A stretch of 64,000 nucleotides of DNA from IMG/VR virus record IMGVR_UViG_3300025357_000008, positions 64,001 through 128,000 of that record; one strand, written 5' to 3'. Every line of letters begins with the position of its first letter. The stretch's first letter is position 1. The notes beneath the pieces are model-generated. The model was not told the origin of the DNA, did not search any database, and saw only the letters and a program-made list of their open reading frames with translations. The position numbers were made by a program, and so were the translations under genes. Below are positions 31,000 to 42,200 of this stretch, one piece after another. This stretch comes from a virus (Duplodnaviria; Caudoviricetes).

Positions 31000-31566
31000 A
31001 TGGATAATGAAAAGTATTTGAGTGGTTATGTTGACATATTAAAAAATGCATCAAGTGAATTGCAAAATAATAATTTTACTTTACAAGCGAATTTGAAGTT
31101 TTTAGAGTCTGCTCTGAGAGAGCAAGGAGAGCAGACTCAAAAATACATGATGATGGTTGCCGATTATGAAAAAGAAAAAGCTGAAAAAAGTGACGATGAA
31201 AATGAAACATTAACACAATTAAAAGCTGACAATGAGAAATTGAAAAAAGAATTATCTGAAAAGAATGATTCTTTATCTCAAAGTCAAACGAAACTGGATA
31301 ATATTAAAATTGAATTGCGTGATGAAATTCAACGATTGAAAAATCAAGTTGAACATTTGAATCAAGTTAATGGTACACTAACGTCTGCACAAAATGAAAA
31401 TGCTCAATTAAAAACTGAGAACAGCAGTCTTAAAGGTGAAATTGAAAATTTGAAACAGACTATTGCAACAACAATTGCCGCTAACCAAACTCCACAAAAA
31501 ACGAAGTCGTTTGTTAAACAAAAGACTTTGCCGACACAATCAATAGAAGACGGTGGAAATTTCTAA
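31000..31566 (+). CDS. Charged coiled-coil protein ending in DGGNF
   Basis: E/K/Q/L-rich heptads, 188 aa; strong SD. Confidence 0.75.
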   Translation: MDNEKYLSGYVDILKNASSELQNNNFTLQANLKFLESALREQGEQTQKYMMMVADYEKEKAEKSDDENETLTQLKADNEKLKKELSEKNDSLSQSQTKLDNIKIELRDEIQRLKNQVEHLNQVNGTLTSAQNENAQLKTENSSLKGEIENLKQTIATTIAANQTPQKTKSFVKQKTLPTQSIEDGGNF

Positions 31567-31570
31567 GTAA

Positions 31571-33172
31571 ATGGCAAATACAATAGTAAAAATTAAAAAA
31601 TCAGGTGTAACTGGTAACGTACCAGGTTCACTAGCATTGGGTGAGTTAGCAATTAACTATACCGATGGATTATTGTATTTTGCTAATGCTACAGGTGTCA
31701 GAGCATTTTCGGCTAACGACTCAATTCTCGCAAACGCCGCCTTTGCACAAGCTAATGCCGCTTTCAATGCGGCTAATAGCAGTTCAGGTACAGCGGCCGC
31801 TTATAATCAAGCCAATGCCGCTTTTGCTCAAGCAAATAATATTTCTAGTTATGCTAATGCACAGATAGCAATTACACAAGGTGTTGATACAACTCAGAAT
31901 ACAAACATTAGTTCTGCTCAGTTGTTCGCTAACGGTGCATTTACTGCCGCTAATGCGGTTAATACTTACGCATATGCCGCTTATGCATCTCAAAATATTA
32001 CCGCTGGTTTTGCGAATGCCGCCTATACTTTAGCAAACACAGTAAATGTATACTCATATAGTGCATACGGTTTTGCAAATACAATTAACGTTTATGCTTA
32101 TAGTGCTTATAGCGCACAGAACATAACAGCAAGTTTTGCGAATGCCGCTTTCGCTCAAGCTAATGCGGCCTTTAATCAAGCCAATACAGGTTCAAGTTCT
32201 GCACCCGCTTTTAATCAAGCGAATGCCGCATTTATACAAGCAAACAATGCATATAATAAAGCAAATAGTGCTTTAGCAAATACTGGTGGTACTTTAACTG
32301 GTTCTCTAGGTATTACAGGTTCGTCATCAAACATTGTTGTTTCTCAGAGTGCGACAGCAAGTGATGTAACAAACACATTCAATCATTTATATACTTTAGG
32401 TTTATTCTCTGGTAATACCGACCAGTCAATACAAGTTGGTGCACAGAACTTCGCCAACACAGCAAATTCATCTACCGATTTTGCGTTGTACAATAATATT
32501 GGTACCGATACTAATAACTATATTGATTTAGGTATCACAAGTAAAGCATATAATACAACACTAAACGGTTTCACAGCATCACAACCAGGTGACGGATATC
32601 TATATTCTAACGGTGTTAACTTATTACTAGGTACATATACACCTGGTACTAATATGAAAGTGTTTATTGGTGGCTATACATCAGCAAACGTTTCTACAAC
32701 ATTTAATGCACCGAACACAGCATCAAGTTCAAATACTACAGGCACTCTGCTCGTTCAAGGTGGTGTAGGTGTAACTGGTAATGTATACTCAGATAAGATT
32801 TATACAAACGGACTATATTATGCCGCTAACGGTAACCCAATATCAACTGGTGGAGGTGGTGGCACAAGTTTAGTCTATACAGCCGCTACGACACCACCAG
32901 CATCAGGAAATAACAAAGGTGACCAGTGGTACAATACTGCAACTAATGTATTGTATGAATGGGCAACTGACGGTACAAGTTACTTCTGGTTAGACACAAT
33001 ATCACCAGTATATTCAAATACTGCAAACGTAAACATAATTACATCTGGTAATGTTAATACTAATGTGGTCTTTGCGAACTCGGTATATATAGGAACTCAA
33101 AATGCAAATTCATATATACAATCATACATTCAACAAAACACGATACATCCACTAATGTTTGTGGGTCTATAG
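31571..33172 (+). CDS. Fibre protein (Mtd-N-like head, GDQWY module, C-terminal HPLMF motif)
   Basis: VKIKKS...LALGELAINYTDG; heptads; ends IHPLMFVGL-TAG. Confidence 0.72.
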   Translation: MANTIVKIKKSGVTGNVPGSLALGELAINYTDGLLYFANATGVRAFSANDSILANAAFAQANAAFNAANSSSGTAAAYNQANAAFAQANNISSYANAQIAITQGVDTTQNTNISSAQLFANGAFTAANAVNTYAYAAYASQNITAGFANAAYTLANTVNVYSYSAYGFANTINVYAYSAYSAQNITASFANAAFAQANAAFNQANTGSSSAPAFNQANAAFIQANNAYNKANSALANTGGTLTGSLGITGSSSNIVVSQSATASDVTNTFNHLYTLGLFSGNTDQSIQVGAQNFANTANSSTDFALYNNIGTDTNNYIDLGITSKAYNTTLNGFTASQPGDGYLYSNGVNLLLGTYTPGTNMKVFIGGYTSANVSTTFNAPNTASSSNTTGTLLVQGGVGVTGNVYSDKIYTNGLYYAANGNPISTGGGGGTSLVYTAATTPPASGNNKGDQWYNTATNVLYEWATDGTSYFWLDTISPVYSNTANVNIITSGNVNTNVVFANSVYIGTQNANSYIQSYIQQNTIHPLMFVGL

Positions 33173-33181
33173 GGGATATCA

Positions 33182-33511
33182 ATGGCAGTTAATTATAAAA
33201 TTTTAGGACAATCTAATCCGGCCGCTAATACTACCACAACAGTATACACGGTTCCTGCGGCCACTCAAACTGTCGTTTCAACTATTCAAGTTTGCAATCT
33301 CTCACCAAACACATCAAGTTTTTCTATAGCGGCACAAAAAGCAGGTGCATCATTAGCAAACTCAATGTATCTTGCATATCAAACACCAATACCTGGTAAC
33401 GATTCAATCAATTACACATTAGGTGTAACTCTTGGTAATACAGATGTAGTATCTGTTTCAGCAAACACAGGGAACATAACATTCTCTTTATTCGGATCTG
33501 AACTTTCATAA
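33182..33511 (+). CDS. ~110-aa adaptor-like virion protein, copy 1
   Basis: YKILGQSNPAA..VYTVP..TVVSTIQVCN...FSLFGSEL; paralogous to 44461 and 49763. Confidence 0.75.
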   Translation: MAVNYKILGQSNPAANTTTTVYTVPAATQTVVSTIQVCNLSPNTSSFSIAAQKAGASLANSMYLAYQTPIPGNDSINYTLGVTLGNTDVVSVSANTGNITFSLFGSELS

Positions 33512-36500
33512 TGGGAATTAGAAGAGCATCAATTGGTACGACAGCCGAAAGAACGGTTAGAAATCAGAGCATATTGCTACCGACTGGTGGTGCTGTTTCT
33601 ACTGGTATAACAACTGTTGTTTATACTGACAGCAATTATAATACGCTAACTGCTAATGCGGCCGCTACAACATACGGTACGTTTAGAATTTTAGGTACCG
33701 GTTTTTCACCAGGTGCAAATGTTTTGGTAGCTAACACAAGTTCAGGAACCATTGCAAACGTCACATCAAATACAACATATATAGGTGCAACTGAAATTCG
33801 TGCAAACGTAAGTGTGACTGCTGGTAACTACGCATTGTACGTTTTTAATCCTAACGGTTCAGCGGCAATCTATTATTCTGGTGTAACATTTCAACCATAT
33901 CCTGTGTGGACAGCAACGAGTTATGCATCTGCCACTACAGTTTCTGTTCAACTTTTAACATCTTCTACTGCTGTCGAACAGCCTATTACATATTCTTTAG
34001 TATCAGGTACGTTACCTACAGGTACAACATTGGCGGCTAACGGTTTAATTAGTGGTACTGCTACAGGTATTCCTAATGCTGGTCAAACATTCACATTTAC
34101 AGTTGCCGCAACAGACATCTATAATGAAACGACACAGGCATCAATCAGTTTAACAATTACGGTAGCTGATGCATATTTTGATTACACTACATTGTTGTTG
34201 AATGGTGAGACTAATTCGAACACTTATATACAAGATGCCGGTGCAAATAATTTTACGCTAACCCCATATGGTTCTTCAACATCAAATAGATTCAGCCCTA
34301 TGTGGGGCGATGGTTATTATGGTAATTCTTTTGATGGTAGTTCTGGGTTTTTAATAACAGCGGCCAATTCTATTCTTGCACCTTCAGCAGATTTTACAGC
34401 AGAGGCTTGGGCATACACTACAATTAATAATAACTTTCAAGGTATAATGAGTACAAGAGATTCCGGTTCAACAACAGGTTGGGGAATCACAATAAATTCA
34501 TCAGGATACTTAGAATTTGTTTGTACTGGTGCAACAGCATATACAGGTACATTAGCACCTTTAAACAGATGGTTTCATGTTGCAATGTCAAAAGTCGGAA
34601 GTACTGTATACTGTTATTTGAATGGTGTTCAAGTTGGAACTTTACCAAGTTCGCCGGCAATTAGCTACAATAGTCTTGGGTTAAGTCTTGGTAGATACTA
34701 TAGTAACGGTAGTAATCAATATTGGTTAAATGGTTATATTAGTAATGCACGTTATATAAATGGAACCGGCATATACACAGGAAGTAGTTTTACAGTTCCT
34801 ACAACACCATTGACAGCGATTGCAAATACTGCTGTCCTAACTTGTCAATCAAATAGATTTATTGATAATGGTCCTAACGGATTGGCAATAACACCGTCAG
34901 GTACAGTTAAAGTAGTACCTAATCAACCATTTGGTTCAATACCAACAACATCAACAGCAAATACAAACAATACTGGTTACTATAGTGCTCAGTTTGATGG
35001 TAGTACGGGGTATTTAAATCTAGGGGGTCAATCGACATTTGCATTTGGCTCTAATAGTTTTACTATTGAGGCTTGGATATACCCATTAACCGCTAGTCAA
35101 ACATCTGTTATAACTGATTTTAGACCCTCAGGAGGTAGCGGAGTATATCAATTATTTTATTTAAATTCAGGTGCTTTAACTTATTGGGTAAACGGCACAG
35201 GTGTTATTGTAGGAAGCTCGCCAGTTGCTGGCGTATGGAGCCACGTTGCAGTAGTAAGGAACGGTACAAGTACAATTATGTATTTAAATGGTGTTCAAAC
35301 AGGTTCTACGTATTCAGATTCTAATAGTTATCTTAATGGCGCCAACGCTCCAGTAATTGGAGGTTTAGGCTATACGAGAGGCCAAAACATTTTTAACGGC
35401 TATATTTCTAACTTTCGTATTGTTAATGGTACCGCAGTATATACTTCAAACTTCACCCCACCGACCACACCACTAACAGCAGTTACAAATACTTCTCTAT
35501 TAACATTACAAAATTCTGTTATTGTTGATAACTCTGCAAATGCATTTACTTTGACACCGACTGGTTCAGTTATAGTATCTAAGAATCAACCATTTGCTTC
35601 ACCGACAGTTACAAGTAATACTATAACACCAAGTGTTTATGGTAGCGTATTGCTTGATGGATCAACAGGATACATGCAAGTACAAGAATCATCTAATCCT
35701 GCATTTGCACTTTCAGGTGATTTTACAATTGAATTGTGGTATTATCCAACAGGTACATCAGGTGGTTACATATACGCACAAACTGTAAGTGGTACAAATT
35801 GGTGTATTATTGGTGCAAGTACTACAACATTAACTGCCGCACAATTTACCGCAACAACGAGTGGTGCTGGCACCGCACAGAATAGTGCGGCAGTTGGAAA
35901 TCCATATTCATGGAATCACTTAGCAGTTTGTAGAAAAAGTGGACAAGTAACTGTCTACTTAAATGGTGTTGGTGGTACATCAGTTACAAATACAACATCA
36001 ATACCATCAACATACTTACCAACCATTAGCGGTTATTCACATTCACAAACAGGTTTATTTGCTGGTTATATTTCAAACATTAGGGTAATTAACGGTACCG
36101 CAGTTTATACGAATAACTTTATACCCCCAACTAGCCCACTAACAGCAGTTGCAAATACATCAGTATTATCATTGCAATATAAAAATTCAGCAAATAACAA
36201 TGTGTATTATGATGACAGCCCAAATAATTTAGTAATTTCTAGAACAGGCATTCCAACACAAGGTACATTTAGCCCATTTAGTCCAACAGGATGGAGTAAT
36301 TACTTAGGTGGTTCTGGTTACTATATTGTTTCAAATTCAACCCCAATATCAACAACAACTTCAACATTCACTATTGAAGGTTGGATAAACATGTCGGCAA
36401 CGCCAGGAGGTTCTGCAAATCCTGCTTTGATTGGTGACATGAACCCAACTGCGGGAACTTGTAATTGGAGTTTTGGACCTAATAACTCAAACGTTTTAGA

Positions 36501-38154
36501 ATTATATGTTGTTGGTGGAACATCTTATACTATTACCGGAAACACAGTAATGTCTTTAGGTACTTGGTATCATGTTGCTGTTTCGGTAAACTCAAATTCA
36601 GTTTCAATGTATGTAAATGGTGTACAGCAAACATTAACTGGCGGCTCGACAATTGTAAATAGAAGCGGTTCTATAGGTTATTTGACTATGGGACAATGGA
36701 ATAGCGGTTCATTTAATTACGCCGGATATGTTAGTAATTTAAGAATATCGAATGTCGCATTATATTCTTCTTCATTCACACCAAGCACAGCACCATTAAC
36801 TGCAATATCTAGTACAGTATTTTTGACTGCCCAGAATAATGGTTTTGTTGATAACTCGACAAACGGGTATAGATTAACTGCAACACAAGCCTCTGTTCAA
36901 GCAGTTTCACCTTTTGCACCAGGCGTCATATACAATCCAGCAGTACATGGGGCAAGTTCATATCACTATAGCGGAAATTATATTTATGGTAGTAATCAGA
37001 TATTCAACGTAAGTAGTCCATCAATGCAATGGCAATTTGAGTGTTGGGTTTATCCAGTAAATCAATCATTCTTCTTTTGTATTGGTAACGGTGGTGCGTA
37101 TGGAAATTCATTCAATTGCGGATTTCAAGGTAATCAATTTACTTTTACTCAGGGTAATGGCAGTAATGGAACAGTAGCAACTCTTAATTCAACAACAAAT
37201 ACTTATAATTATAATCAATGGTATCATTTTGCGATAACTAAAAACGCATCAGGTGTTATTACAATGTGGGTTAATGGTACTTCTCAAGGTACTGTAACTA
37301 ATACATCAGGAACTGCCGCTTCAGGCACAACATTTATTATTTGTGGATTATATGATAATGGTGGATTAGGTTATAGTGGTTTCAGCGGTGGTTCATTTGT
37401 TAGTTATTTTAGTATTGCTAACCCGAGATTTATTGCCGGTGCTCCAATTTATACATCTGCATTTACACCACCTACTGCACCTGTAACTGCTGTTGCGAAT
37501 ACAGCATTGCTATTGAATTTTACTAACACAGGTATTCAAGATGCTACAGGTAAAAATAATATTATAACTTATGGTTCTGCAAAGACTCAAGCAAACACAA
37601 CTAAGTTTGGAACTGGTGCATTGTATTTTGATGGTTCAACTGGATATTGTTCATTCCCTAATGCATTTCCAACCAGCCCTTATTTAAATCTTGGTTCAAA
37701 TAATTTTACAATTGAGTTTTGGTTATATCCTATAACTTTTTCAAATGGTAGTGCATTTTTAACTAAAGGATGGACCGGAAGTTATGGTTCATTTTTGTTT
37801 TATTATTACAACAATACAACACCTCAAATTTATTTTTACGCAGGCTCAAATAATTCTGCATGGGATATTGTAAATGGTGTTTCGATAAATTCAAATTTAA
37901 GTTCAAATACTTGGACACATATTGCAGTAACTCGTTCAGGTAGTAACTTTTATTTGTTCTCAAATGGTGTTTTAACCAATACTGTAACGTCATCGGCTTC
38001 AATATATAACAGTACTGCACCGGTAACAGTCGGTGGTGATAACTCTGGAGGTCATTTATCTAATTGTTATATTGACGATTTAAGAATCACAAATGGTGTT
38101 GCACGATATACATCAACCTTTACCCCAACATCATTAGCTTTTTTAACACAATAA
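33511..38154 (+). CDS. Multi-domain LamG/ConA-like receptor-binding protein A (Ig-like N-terminus, about 6 LamG domains)
   Basis: Six FT(I/A)E.W.Y-like...W.H.A...NG...YI(S/D)..R units; YSLVSGTLPTG..L..NGLISGT Ig motif. Confidence 0.82.
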   Translation: MGIRRASIGTTAERTVRNQSILLPTGGAVSTGITTVVYTDSNYNTLTANAAATTYGTFRILGTGFSPGANVLVANTSSGTIANVTSNTTYIGATEIRANVSVTAGNYALYVFNPNGSAAIYYSGVTFQPYPVWTATSYASATTVSVQLLTSSTAVEQPITYSLVSGTLPTGTTLAANGLISGTATGIPNAGQTFTFTVAATDIYNETTQASISLTITVADAYFDYTTLLLNGETNSNTYIQDAGANNFTLTPYGSSTSNRFSPMWGDGYYGNSFDGSSGFLITAANSILAPSADFTAEAWAYTTINNNFQGIMSTRDSGSTTGWGITINSSGYLEFVCTGATAYTGTLAPLNRWFHVAMSKVGSTVYCYLNGVQVGTLPSSPAISYNSLGLSLGRYYSNGSNQYWLNGYISNARYINGTGIYTGSSFTVPTTPLTAIANTAVLTCQSNRFIDNGPNGLAITPSGTVKVVPNQPFGSIPTTSTANTNNTGYYSAQFDGSTGYLNLGGQSTFAFGSNSFTIEAWIYPLTASQTSVITDFRPSGGSGVYQLFYLNSGALTYWVNGTGVIVGSSPVAGVWSHVAVVRNGTSTIMYLNGVQTGSTYSDSNSYLNGANAPVIGGLGYTRGQNIFNGYISNFRIVNGTAVYTSNFTPPTTPLTAVTNTSLLTLQNSVIVDNSANAFTLTPTGSVIVSKNQPFASPTVTSNTITPSVYGSVLLDGSTGYMQVQESSNPAFALSGDFTIELWYYPTGTSGGYIYAQTVSGTNWCIIGASTTTLTAAQFTATTSGAGTAQNSAAVGNPYSWNHLAVCRKSGQVTVYLNGVGGTSVTNTTSIPSTYLPTISGYSHSQTGLFAGYISNIRVINGTAVYTNNFIPPTSPLTAVANTSVLSLQYKNSANNNVYYDDSPNNLVISRTGIPTQGTFSPFSPTGWSNYLGGSGYYIVSNSTPISTTTSTFTIEGWINMSATPGGSANPALIGDMNPTAGTCNWSFGPNNSNVLELYVVGGTSYTITGNTVMSLGTWYHVAVSVNSNSVSMYVNGVQQTLTGGSTIVNRSGSIGYLTMGQWNSGSFNYAGYVSNLRISNVALYSSSFTPSTAPLTAISSTVFLTAQNNGFVDNSTNGYRLTATQASVQAVSPFAPGVIYNPAVHGASSYHYSGNYIYGSNQIFNVSSPSMQWQFECWVYPVNQSFFFCIGNGGAYGNSFNCGFQGNQFTFTQGNGSNGTVATLNSTTNTYNYNQWYHFAITKNASGVITMWVNGTSQGTVTNTSGTAASGTTFIICGLYDNGGLGYSGFSGGSFVSYFSIANPRFIAGAPIYTSAFTPPTAPVTAVANTALLLNFTNTGIQDATGKNNIITYGSAKTQANTTKFGTGALYFDGSTGYCSFPNAFPTSPYLNLGSNNFTIEFWLYPITFSNGSAFLTKGWTGSYGSFLFYYYNNTTPQIYFYAGSNNSAWDIVNGVSINSNLSSNTWTHIAVTRSGSNFYLFSNGVLTNTVTSSASIYNSTAPVTVGGDNSGGHLSNCYIDDLRITNGVARYTSTFTPTSLAFLTQ

Positions 38155-38157
38155 ATA
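38150..38157 (+). promoter_or_regulatory. Late promoter core AATAAATA overlapping a stop codon
   Basis: TAAATA at the gene boundary; SD AAGGAG follows. Confidence 0.6.
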
Positions 38158-38180
38158 GAACATAAAAGGAGAAAATTGAG

Positions 38181-38576
38181 ATGAGTCATTTTGCACAGAT
38201 AGATGCTAACAACATTGTTACCAGAGTTCTTGTCATTGAACAAGACATGGTAAACACTGGTCTATTTGGAGAGCCTAATACCTTCATTCAGACCTCATAC
38301 AATACAAGAAACGGTATTCATTATGATCCTGTTACAGGTCAAGAAGACAGCGGTACTGCATTGAGATATAGATATGCTGGTATCGGTATGGTTTATGACA
38401 GAGCAAATGACGTTTTCGCATTACCAAAACCAGAAGGTATGAACAGTTGGGTTTACTCAAGCAACACATGGGCTTGGAAACCTCCTGTTGACATGCCTAC
38501 AGATGCAGTACCACCAAATTATTACAGATGGGAAGAGTCTAACACTTCTTGGATTCTAATAACAGTAACACAATAA
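38181..38576 (+). CDS. Phage protein, possibly fibre-tip associated or an assembly chaperone
   Basis: MSHFAQID, IQTSYN, RYRYAGIG..YD...DVF..PKP..SW...W..PV.MP. Confidence 0.7.
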   Translation: MSHFAQIDANNIVTRVLVIEQDMVNTGLFGEPNTFIQTSYNTRNGIHYDPVTGQEDSGTALRYRYAGIGMVYDRANDVFALPKPEGMNSWVYSSNTWAWKPPVDMPTDAVPPNYYRWEESNTSWILITVTQ

Positions 38577-38577
38577 C

Positions 38578-38910
38578 ATGGCATTTCCAACCTCACCCAC
38601 TAACGGTCAAACAGCAGTAGTAAATGGTATTTCATATACCTATAACTCTACGACTAATTCGTGGGGAAGAGTTGCTCAAAGTGTCCGAATCACATACACA
38701 GCGAGTCCTACACCACCTACAAATCCACTTCAAGGTGACCAGTGGTACAATAATACGACTGATGTGCTTTACGAATACACAAACGATACCGTTTCATCTT
38801 ATTGGTTAGACATACAGACACCAGCATTTGTTGGTTCAAACGCAACAACAGTTACAGGAGTATCGACAGGTAAATCACTTGCTATGTCGGTATTATTCGG
38901 AGCACAATAA
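38578..38910 (+). CDS. Short linker protein (FP..P.NGQ head, GDQWY module, GKSLAMSVLFG tail)
   Basis: Modules shared with 43900, 45711 and 31571. Confidence 0.7.
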   Translation: MAFPTSPTNGQTAVVNGISYTYNSTTNSWGRVAQSVRITYTASPTPPTNPLQGDQWYNNTTDVLYEYTNDTVSSYWLDIQTPAFVGSNATTVTGVSTGKSLAMSVLFGAQ

Positions 38911-39260
38911 TGACAACCCCTAATCTAGTTCAAATCAATTATCTAAACGGCAATACAGCAGTACAAAACGTTACGACAACTGCAACTGCTATTATTTCAA
39001 ATGCAAATAATTCAAATCAATTGTTTAGAATTGACAGTTTAGTTGTTGCAAATTATTCTACGAACGTTCAATATATTACCGCAGACATATACAGAAACAA
39101 TGTACCTTATATTATTGTTTCAAATATTTCAATGCCGGCAAATACAACCTTCGGTGTCTTTGATAGAATCTTCTATGCAAATGAAGGTGATGCAATTCGT
39201 CTAACAGCAAGTAACAACGGCACACTTCAAGCAGTTGCAACATACGAGGTAATGGGTTAA
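38910..39260 (+). CDS. ~115-aa adaptor-like virion protein, second class (TPNLV head)
   Basis: IDSLVVAN...NEGDAIRLTA...TYEVM; same size and cassette position as 33182. Confidence 0.7.
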   Translation: MTTPNLVQINYLNGNTAVQNVTTTATAIISNANNSNQLFRIDSLVVANYSTNVQYITADIYRNNVPYIIVSNISMPANTTFGVFDRIFYANEGDAIRLTASNNGTLQAVATYEVMG

Positions 39261-42200
39261 TGTTTAATGGTGGATTTAAAGGTGTAAGAGCGGCTGATGG
39301 CGCCGGCTTTGTCTCGGCTAGAGATGTTGCCGTTCAGCAGAGTAGTCCACAACCTAAAATAACTTCTTGGGCATACACTAATGGTGCTTATGTGCCTTAT
39401 CCCGATACTGCTATTGCTGGTGGTGAAACTATAGTTATTTACGGTTCAGGCTTTCAAAGTAACGCTAACGTAGTTATTGGTGGCACAACAATAACAAGCA
39501 CAAGACTAGATCCAAATAGAATTACATTTACTGCACCATCTTTGAGTGCTGGTTCTTATCCTCTTTATGTTGCGAATCCTGGTGGTGGTACAGCAGTTTA
39601 TTTACCTGGAGTAGTATACAATAGTTATCCAGTTTTTAATTCAACGTCATATGCAAATACATTTGTATCAGCAACAACGTCTGTAGGTTTTAGTTTGAAT
39701 GTCACTGGTTCTCCAAGTTTAACATTTAGTTTACAAAGCGGTTCGAGTTTACCAACAGGATTGACTTTAGCGGCTAACGGATACATTTCAGGTAGTACGA
39801 CAGTATCAAATACAACAGTATACAATTTTACTGTTATTGCAACAGATTCATATGCACAAGCAACTCAGGCATCTATAACATATACAATTACATATGTTAT
39901 TTCTGATACATATTTTAATTCTACAACATTGTTATTAAACGGTGAGACTAATACAAATACATATATTCAAGATATAAGTACAAACAATTTTGCGTTGACA
40001 CCCATCGGTGCGGCAACACCAAATAGATTTAGCCCTCTATGGGGAAATGGATATTATGGTGTTGATTTTTTTTATGGTGGCTTTCAAACACCTGCAAGTA
40101 GTTTAACAAATATTACTGGAAGTTTTACTTCAACCTCAACGTTTACAATTGAGACGTTTGTTAAAATGAACGCATTGCCGGCTTCAACGGGCGTTAATCT
40201 TGTTGGTGATATGCAAGTTACATCAACATTAAATTATTGGTCATTTCAGATTAATACTTCAGGACAGTTACAACTATATTGGTACAACGGTTCAGTACAA
40301 ACAGCAGTTGGTAATACTGTAATGGTGCCTGGTTCTTGGTATCATGTAGCAGTTTCAATTTCATCCGGTGCTATTAAATTATTTGTGAATGGTGTTTTAC
40401 AAACTATAACAGGAACAACTACGACATCAACACCAACAGGTTCAACTTCATATATTTCTGTTGGTGAATATAATTCTTATGGTTTTAATGGTACTTTAAG
40501 TAATCTTAGAATTTCAAGTACGGCATTATATTCAACAACATTTACCGCACCAACATCACCATTAACATCACAAGCAAATACTACTTTCTTGTCATGCCTA
40601 TCAAATCAATTTTCAGACATTGGTCCAAATAGTTATGCATTAACATTAAGTTCAACACCAAAAGTGGTTGCAAGTCAACCATTTGCGACATTACCAACAA
40701 CATCAACAGCAAATACAAACGGTCAAGGATATTATAGCGGTGCAATTCTTGGTGGTAGCAATTTACTAACTTATCCAACTTCATTAAATTTAGGTACTGC
40801 ACCATTTACAATTGAATTTTGGTTCTATATTTCGAATCTTGGTAATAGCGGCATTTATTTTTTGTATGATTATATCAATAACAGTTCAAGATGGACAGTA
40901 CAATGGAACGGACCCGGATGGGCAATTGGGCATTATGATGGAGGTAGTTGGATATATACTGCAACTTCAACAAGTTCAGTAACACTAGGACAATGGACGC
41001 ATTTAGCAATTACTAGAGATTCTAGTAGTACAATGAGAGTGTATGTGAATGGTGTTTTAGGTGCTACGACTGCAAACTTTACAAGAAACTTTACAAATTC
41101 TGGTAGTTCAAAAACAATTCTAAATGACCCTACTGGTGATGGTACAGCAACTGGTTTCATGTCAAATCTACGTATCGTTAACGGTACTGCCTTGTATACC
41201 GGAAGCAGTTTTACACCAAGCACGACACCATTAACTGCTGTTGCCGGTACTACAATGTTGACATTACAAAATTCAACATTCATTGACAACTCAGCAAACA
41301 ATAATGTATTTACTCCAACAGGTTTGCCTTATGTGTCTCAGAATCAACCGTTTGCATCACCAACAGTTACAAGTAATACTATAACACCTAACATATACGG
41401 TTCTGGATATTTGGATGGTAGTACTGGATATCTAACAACACCAGCGGGAAGTTATGCTGATTTTGGTAGTAACGCATTTACTGTTGAGTGCTGGATATAT
41501 ACAACAGTAACTTCAACGCAACAAGTTATAGCGTTTCATGGTTGGTCTGGATCAGGAGGGTATAACAATGGTTGGAATTTGCAAATTAATACTAGCAACC
41601 AAATAGCTTTTTATGCTAACGGCACATTAGTAGCGTTTACTGATTTAGTAATATCACCAAATAACTGGACGCATATTGCAGTAGTTGGTTCAGGTGGAGT
41701 ACTGTCAGCTTATAAAAATGGAATAAAAAGCACAGTTACAAACACTTACACTTCTATTGTAGCTAGAGCAACTGCGACTACTGTATTAGGCGGATGGAAT
41801 AATACAAATGAAAATATTGCTGAAAGATATTGGTATGCAGGATACATTAGTAATTTTAGAATAGTCAATGGTACTGCACTATATACGAATACTTTTTTAC
41901 CACCAAATCAACCAGTAACACCAATTTCTAATACGCAATTATTATCATTGCAATATAAAAATTCAGCAAATAATAATGTGTTCTACGATGATTCTGTTAA
42001 TAATTGGCCTTTAACTAGAACCGGTGCCGCAACACAAGGAACATTTACACCATTCACTCAAACAGGATGGAGTAATTATTTCGACCAAGGTATCGGTGGA
42101 TTTATATCAACACCAGGTAACCCCACACAATTACAATTAGGTTCAAATAACTTTACAGTAGAATGTTGGTTCTTTATGACGGCCGCACCGACTTGGTCCG

